Assembly (NCBI GenBank): GCA_963698075.1
Contig: OY969116.1
Location: 734,131 to 798,130 of the forward strand
Source of the DNA: an uncultured Candidatus Berkelbacteria bacterium
GTDB taxonomy: Bacteria > Patescibacteriota > UBA1384 > UBA12157 > JAENIV01
Direction: 5' to 3'
Length of the DNA stretch: 64,000 bases
Shown: positions 60,997 to 64,000 of the stretch, piece by piece
Numbering within the stretch: the stretch's first letter is position 1
Layout of the letters: every line of letters starts with the position of its first letter
The notes under the pieces: generated by a model
What the model saw: the letters and a program-made list of their open reading frames with translations, nothing else
The model's database searches: none
Told to the model about the DNA's origin: nothing
Position numbers and translations under genes: made by a program

Positions 60997-61770
60997 ATGT
61001 TCGAAAAGACGATCAAATTGCTACTGGGGGTGAACCCAATGAAGGGCGACAAGACGATAGCAATGCTTGAAGAACGACTCCAGGCGCGTGAGCCCCTTAG
61101 TGCCGAAGAGATGGCTGACGCGCTTTGCCAGCTTGGAGCCGTCGTTTGTGCACCTACAAGAAGAACACTGGCTCACAGGATGTATTCTGAATTGCCACCA
61201 TGTCCCATTTTCATTGATACACGTATCCAACCGAAGGGGCCGTTAAGTTCGAAGCAAGTTAATCTCCTTGGTCAACACATGGCTTTAGCATTTGAGCCAT
61301 ACGCCCAAGATCGTCGAATCATTCTTGCTGGAGTTCCTCAAAGTGGACGACACTTGGCAGAGGCATTTTCCGAGCAGTGGTCGGGTGATGATAGGGAGTC
61401 AGAATGTCTTAAGATTATCAGAAGAAGCAAGGTTGAGCTGGCTCTTGCGAAGCAGCGAAAACCCAGGTTGGAGACAGATTACAGCTTGATTATTGATAAT
61501 GCCACTGAGACCGGCAACACGGCTGGTAAAGCTGCTTTGGTGCTTCAGAGAGACGGATACAATGTCGATTGTTTCGTTCTCGTAAACAGAGATGAAGGCG
61601 CTCGTGAATTGCTTGAGGCGATAAATGTTCGTCTGATAGCATTTGTCAGTCTTATGACCGTTGTCAAAAAGGCAATTGAGCTCCACAGTCAAGAAATATG
61701 GGGGAGACTTCAAGCTTTCCAGAACGCCTTACGTAATAGAATCGGCCTTCCTCGCGTTCAGCTACCCTAA
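60997..61770 (+). CDS. pyrE: orotate phosphoribosyltransferase-like
   Basis: YSLIIDNATETGNTAGKAALVLQRDGYNVDCFVLVNRDEGA matches OPRT PRPP-binding motif and VLVDREEGG tail. Confidence 0.55.
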   Translation: MFEKTIKLLLGVNPMKGDKTIAMLEERLQAREPLSAEEMADALCQLGAVVCAPTRRTLAHRMYSELPPCPIFIDTRIQPKGPLSSKQVNLLGQHMALAFEPYAQDRRIILAGVPQSGRHLAEAFSEQWSGDDRESECLKIIRRSKVELALAKQRKPRLETDYSLIIDNATETGNTAGKAALVLQRDGYNVDCFVLVNRDEGARELLEAINVRLIAFVSLMTVVKKAIELHSQEIWGRLQAFQNALRNRIGLPRVQLP

Positions 61771-61803
61771 GCACGAACTCAAACCTAACATCGCCTCCTT
61801 GCA

Positions 61804-62754
61804 TCACGCGGGAGGCGTTTCTTGATGTCTTCTTCTCCCATGAAACGCCTGGTGGACTTCGGCGAGATGCTGGTCAGTGACGTGAGTATAGATTTGGGTT
61901 GTCGTCACCGAAGCGTGGCCTAAAAGTTCCTGAACCGAGCGCAAGTCCGCTCCGGACATTAAAAGATCAGTGGCAAACGAATGACGCATGGTGTGGGGGC
62001 TAACATGTTTGGTAATTCCCGCCATTCGGGCATATTTATGAATCATCCGCTGAACCGACCGGGGAGTCATAGGGGAAGGTTTTAGGTTTAAGGGGTTAGG
62101 TTTTAAAGAGTGTCCGTAAGATATAAATAAATACGGGTTTTTATCATTCCTAATATTTAAATAATTTTTTATCGATTCTCGTGCTTCTTGATCCAAAAAG
62201 ACAACTCTGACTTTACCACCCTTACCGACCACCGAAAATTCGCTCTTTTCCAAATTAATATCATCCTTTTTAAGATTACAAAGCTCAGAAACCCGAAGTC
62301 CAGTTGAAAAAAATAGATCCAAAATTGCCTTATCGCGCCGACCCTGGATGGTTCTTAAATCTGGTTGTTTGAGGATGGCGTCAAGTTCTTCATCATCCAA
62401 AAAACTTATTTGACGTTCGCCAGTTTTGGCCAGTTCGATGCCTTCGGCAGACAGTGTTTGAATCCCGCGAGTGCCCAAATATTTCAAAAAAGCCCTCAAG
62501 GCAATCAAATGATAATTGGCGGTTGATTTGGCAATAATATCTTTTTTGGTTGAATCAGGCAATCTATGCAAAAACAGCCGATATTTATGAATTAGATCCT
62601 GATCAATTTTTTGAGGGGTTTCCACTCCCGAATCTTTAGCAAAACCGGCAAAACGCCTTAGATAATGATCATAATTTCTGACCGTCAGAACCGAGTGGCC
62701 TTTGTCCACCTCCAGATACTCCAAGAAATCAGTGATGAGACTATTAATAGTCAT
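61804..62754 (-). CDS. XerC/XerD-family tyrosine site-specific recombinase
   Basis: C-terminal RHSFATDLLMSGADLRSVQELLGHASVTTTQIYTHV (R..H..R...Y catalytic residues). Confidence 0.88.
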   Translation of the reverse strand: MTINSLITDFLEYLEVDKGHSVLTVRNYDHYLRRFAGFAKDSGVETPQKIDQDLIHKYRLFLHRLPDSTKKDIIAKSTANYHLIALRAFLKYLGTRGIQTLSAEGIELAKTGERQISFLDDEELDAILKQPDLRTIQGRRDKAILDLFFSTGLRVSELCNLKKDDINLEKSEFSVVGKGGKVRVVFLDQEARESIKNYLNIRNDKNPYLFISYGHSLKPNPLNLKPSPMTPRSVQRMIHKYARMAGITKHVSPHTMRHSFATDLLMSGADLRSVQELLGHASVTTTQIYTHVTDQHLAEVHQAFHGRRRHQETPPA

Positions 62755-62821
62755 ATTTAAAATGTACGACGCATTTACTTTCTTGTCAAAAGGCCCACTT
62801 TTCTGGTAAAGTTAAAGAGCA

Positions 62822-63397
62822 ATGTTTACAAAAATTCTGAGCGTCGATCAATCCTGGCTACTGGCGGTCAATCATTTTGCCACGAGCTCCCATTTTTGGC
62901 AGGTAATTTTTAAATTTTTGGGCACCTATTTAATTTATCTCGCGCCTTTATTTTTAGTCGTTTTATGGTTTTGGTCAGCCCAAAGTAAAAAAATAGCCCT
63001 GCGAGCCACTTTGAGTGGGGCTTTCGCCTGGTTGGTGATAGCCAATGTGCTCGGTCGAGTCATTAACCGACCACGACCATTTGAAATTGTAGGGATCAAA
63101 GAATTGCTTTTCCACCGGCCTGATTATTCTTTTCCGTCCGATCACGCCGCATTTCTCTTCGCCATTGCCATCTCTTTTTACTATTCAGGATACAAAAAAT
63201 TAGCTTTTTGGAGTCTCCTTGTTGCTCTTTTTGCTTCCTTGGGCCGGATTGGGATTGGTTTTCATTATCCCTTAGATATCGTCGCCGGCGCAGTCATCGG
63301 CTGGCTGGCTGCCTGGCTTGTTTGGCTCTTTGATCGTCCCCTAAACTATCTCTACAATTTCCTAATTTCCCTTGCCAAAAAATTAAAGTTGGCTTAA
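62822..63397 (+). CDS. PAP2-family phosphatase (BcrC/undecaprenyl-diphosphatase-like)
   Basis: PSDHAAFLFAIA (PSGH-like) motif, 5-6 TM. Confidence 0.7.
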   Translation: MFTKILSVDQSWLLAVNHFATSSHFWQVIFKFLGTYLIYLAPLFLVVLWFWSAQSKKIALRATLSGAFAWLVIANVLGRVINRPRPFEIVGIKELLFHRPDYSFPSDHAAFLFAIAISFYYSGYKKLAFWSLLVALFASLGRIGIGFHYPLDIVAGAVIGWLAAWLVWLFDRPLNYLYNFLISLAKKLKLA

Positions 63398-63407
63398 AAG
63401 GATTTTT

Positions 63408-64000
63408 ATGGAAGAAAATTACCCGCATAGAAAATTTTGGGACATACTGGCTTTTGGGATTTCCGCCATTTTCTCGCCCTATGTGACAGCGGCGATATTT
63501 ATTCTTTTGATCACCTATACTTACGCCCAAAACGTTCGCGAATTTTTACCTTGGATTGGGATAGCATTTCTTTTTGCTATTTTAATCCCAGCCAGTTATA
63601 TCATTTGGCTGATCGAGCGAAAACACGTCCGTGATATTCATCTTTCCGACCATAGTGAGAGAAAAATTCCTTTTTTGGTTACCGGTATTTCGGCGGTTTT
63701 GGGGGCCGCCGCCTTGGCGATAATCGGTGCGGCCAAACCCGTCGTTTTAATGGGGGTGGCTTATGCCGTCAATGCCGTCGCCGTTGGCATCCTGACTTTG
63801 TTTTGGAAGATTTCCGTCCATACGGCTCTTTTTAGTTCGGTGGTGACAGTGATTGTTATTCTTTATGGACCACAATATGCCTGGGCGTTTCTTCTTTTGA
63901 TTCCCTTGGCCTGGTCAAGAGTTTATCGTCAACGCCACCGCCTCGATCAGGTCATCGGTGGGGCATTAATTGCTTTTGTGCTGACATCGTTAGTTTTTTG
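63408..64000 (+). CDS. second PAP2-family membrane phosphatase, partial (runs off window end)
   Basis: open frame from ATG 63408 to end, KISVHTALFSSV and WSRVYRQRHRLDQVIGG (SR..H..D) motifs; not in ORF track because no stop. Confidence 0.55.
   Translation, partial: MEENYPHRKFWDILAFGISAIFSPYVTAAIFILLITYTYAQNVREFLPWIGIAFLFAILIPASYIIWLIERKHVRDIHLSDHSERKIPFLVTGISAVLGAAALAIIGAAKPVVLMGVAYAVNAVAVGILTLFWKISVHTALFSSVVTVIVILYGPQYAWAFLLLIPLAWSRVYRQRHRLDQVIGGALIAFVLTSLVF

Overview
This 64 kb bacterial window is low-GC overall, about 40% in most coding regions. Gene content suggests a Patescibacteria/CPR-like or other reduced genome, but that is an inference.

Two large cell-envelope glycosylation loci dominate it. 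Locus 1 runs from 2.7 to 22.3 kb. It holds a CE4 deacetylase, a methyltransferase, three tandem paralogs of a roughly 740 aa membrane protein (one of them frameshifted at a T7 tract), a transglutaminase-like protein, a C5-epimerase-like protein, GT4 and GT2 glycosyltransferases, DUF2304, a Wzx-like flippase, two tRNA-Ser and one tRNA-Arg. Locus 2 runs from 32.1 to 40.7 kb. It holds two O-antigen-ligase-like proteins, a GT39/83-like protein, a GH-like protein, a Dpm1-like GT2, GtrA and a GT4.

A conserved core block follows: hppA, VanW, PMM/PGM, trpS, groES-groEL, ogt, efp, rpsF-ssb-rpsR, ychF, an IMPDH-like gene, a pyrE-like/pyrF/pyrE-like set, a Xer recombinase and PAP2 phosphatases.

Four TrmB-family regulator paralogs are scattered through the window. 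At least a dozen short high-GC islets (52-58% GC) are interspersed. They carry small hypothetical genes and share GC-rich hairpins and imperfect inverted repeats.

The most unusual signals are:
- a cassette-like array of small same-strand ORFs separated by a conserved inverted-repeat element (22.4-25.7 kb, with another copy at 0.6 kb);
- a 27-bp AT-rich palindrome present five times at native/foreign junctions;
- a homopolymer-tract frameshift in one of three paralogs of an STT3/GT-C-like membrane protein;
- a tRNA-Ser 3'-end direct repeat.

All functional calls are from motif recognition by eye. No database search was run.
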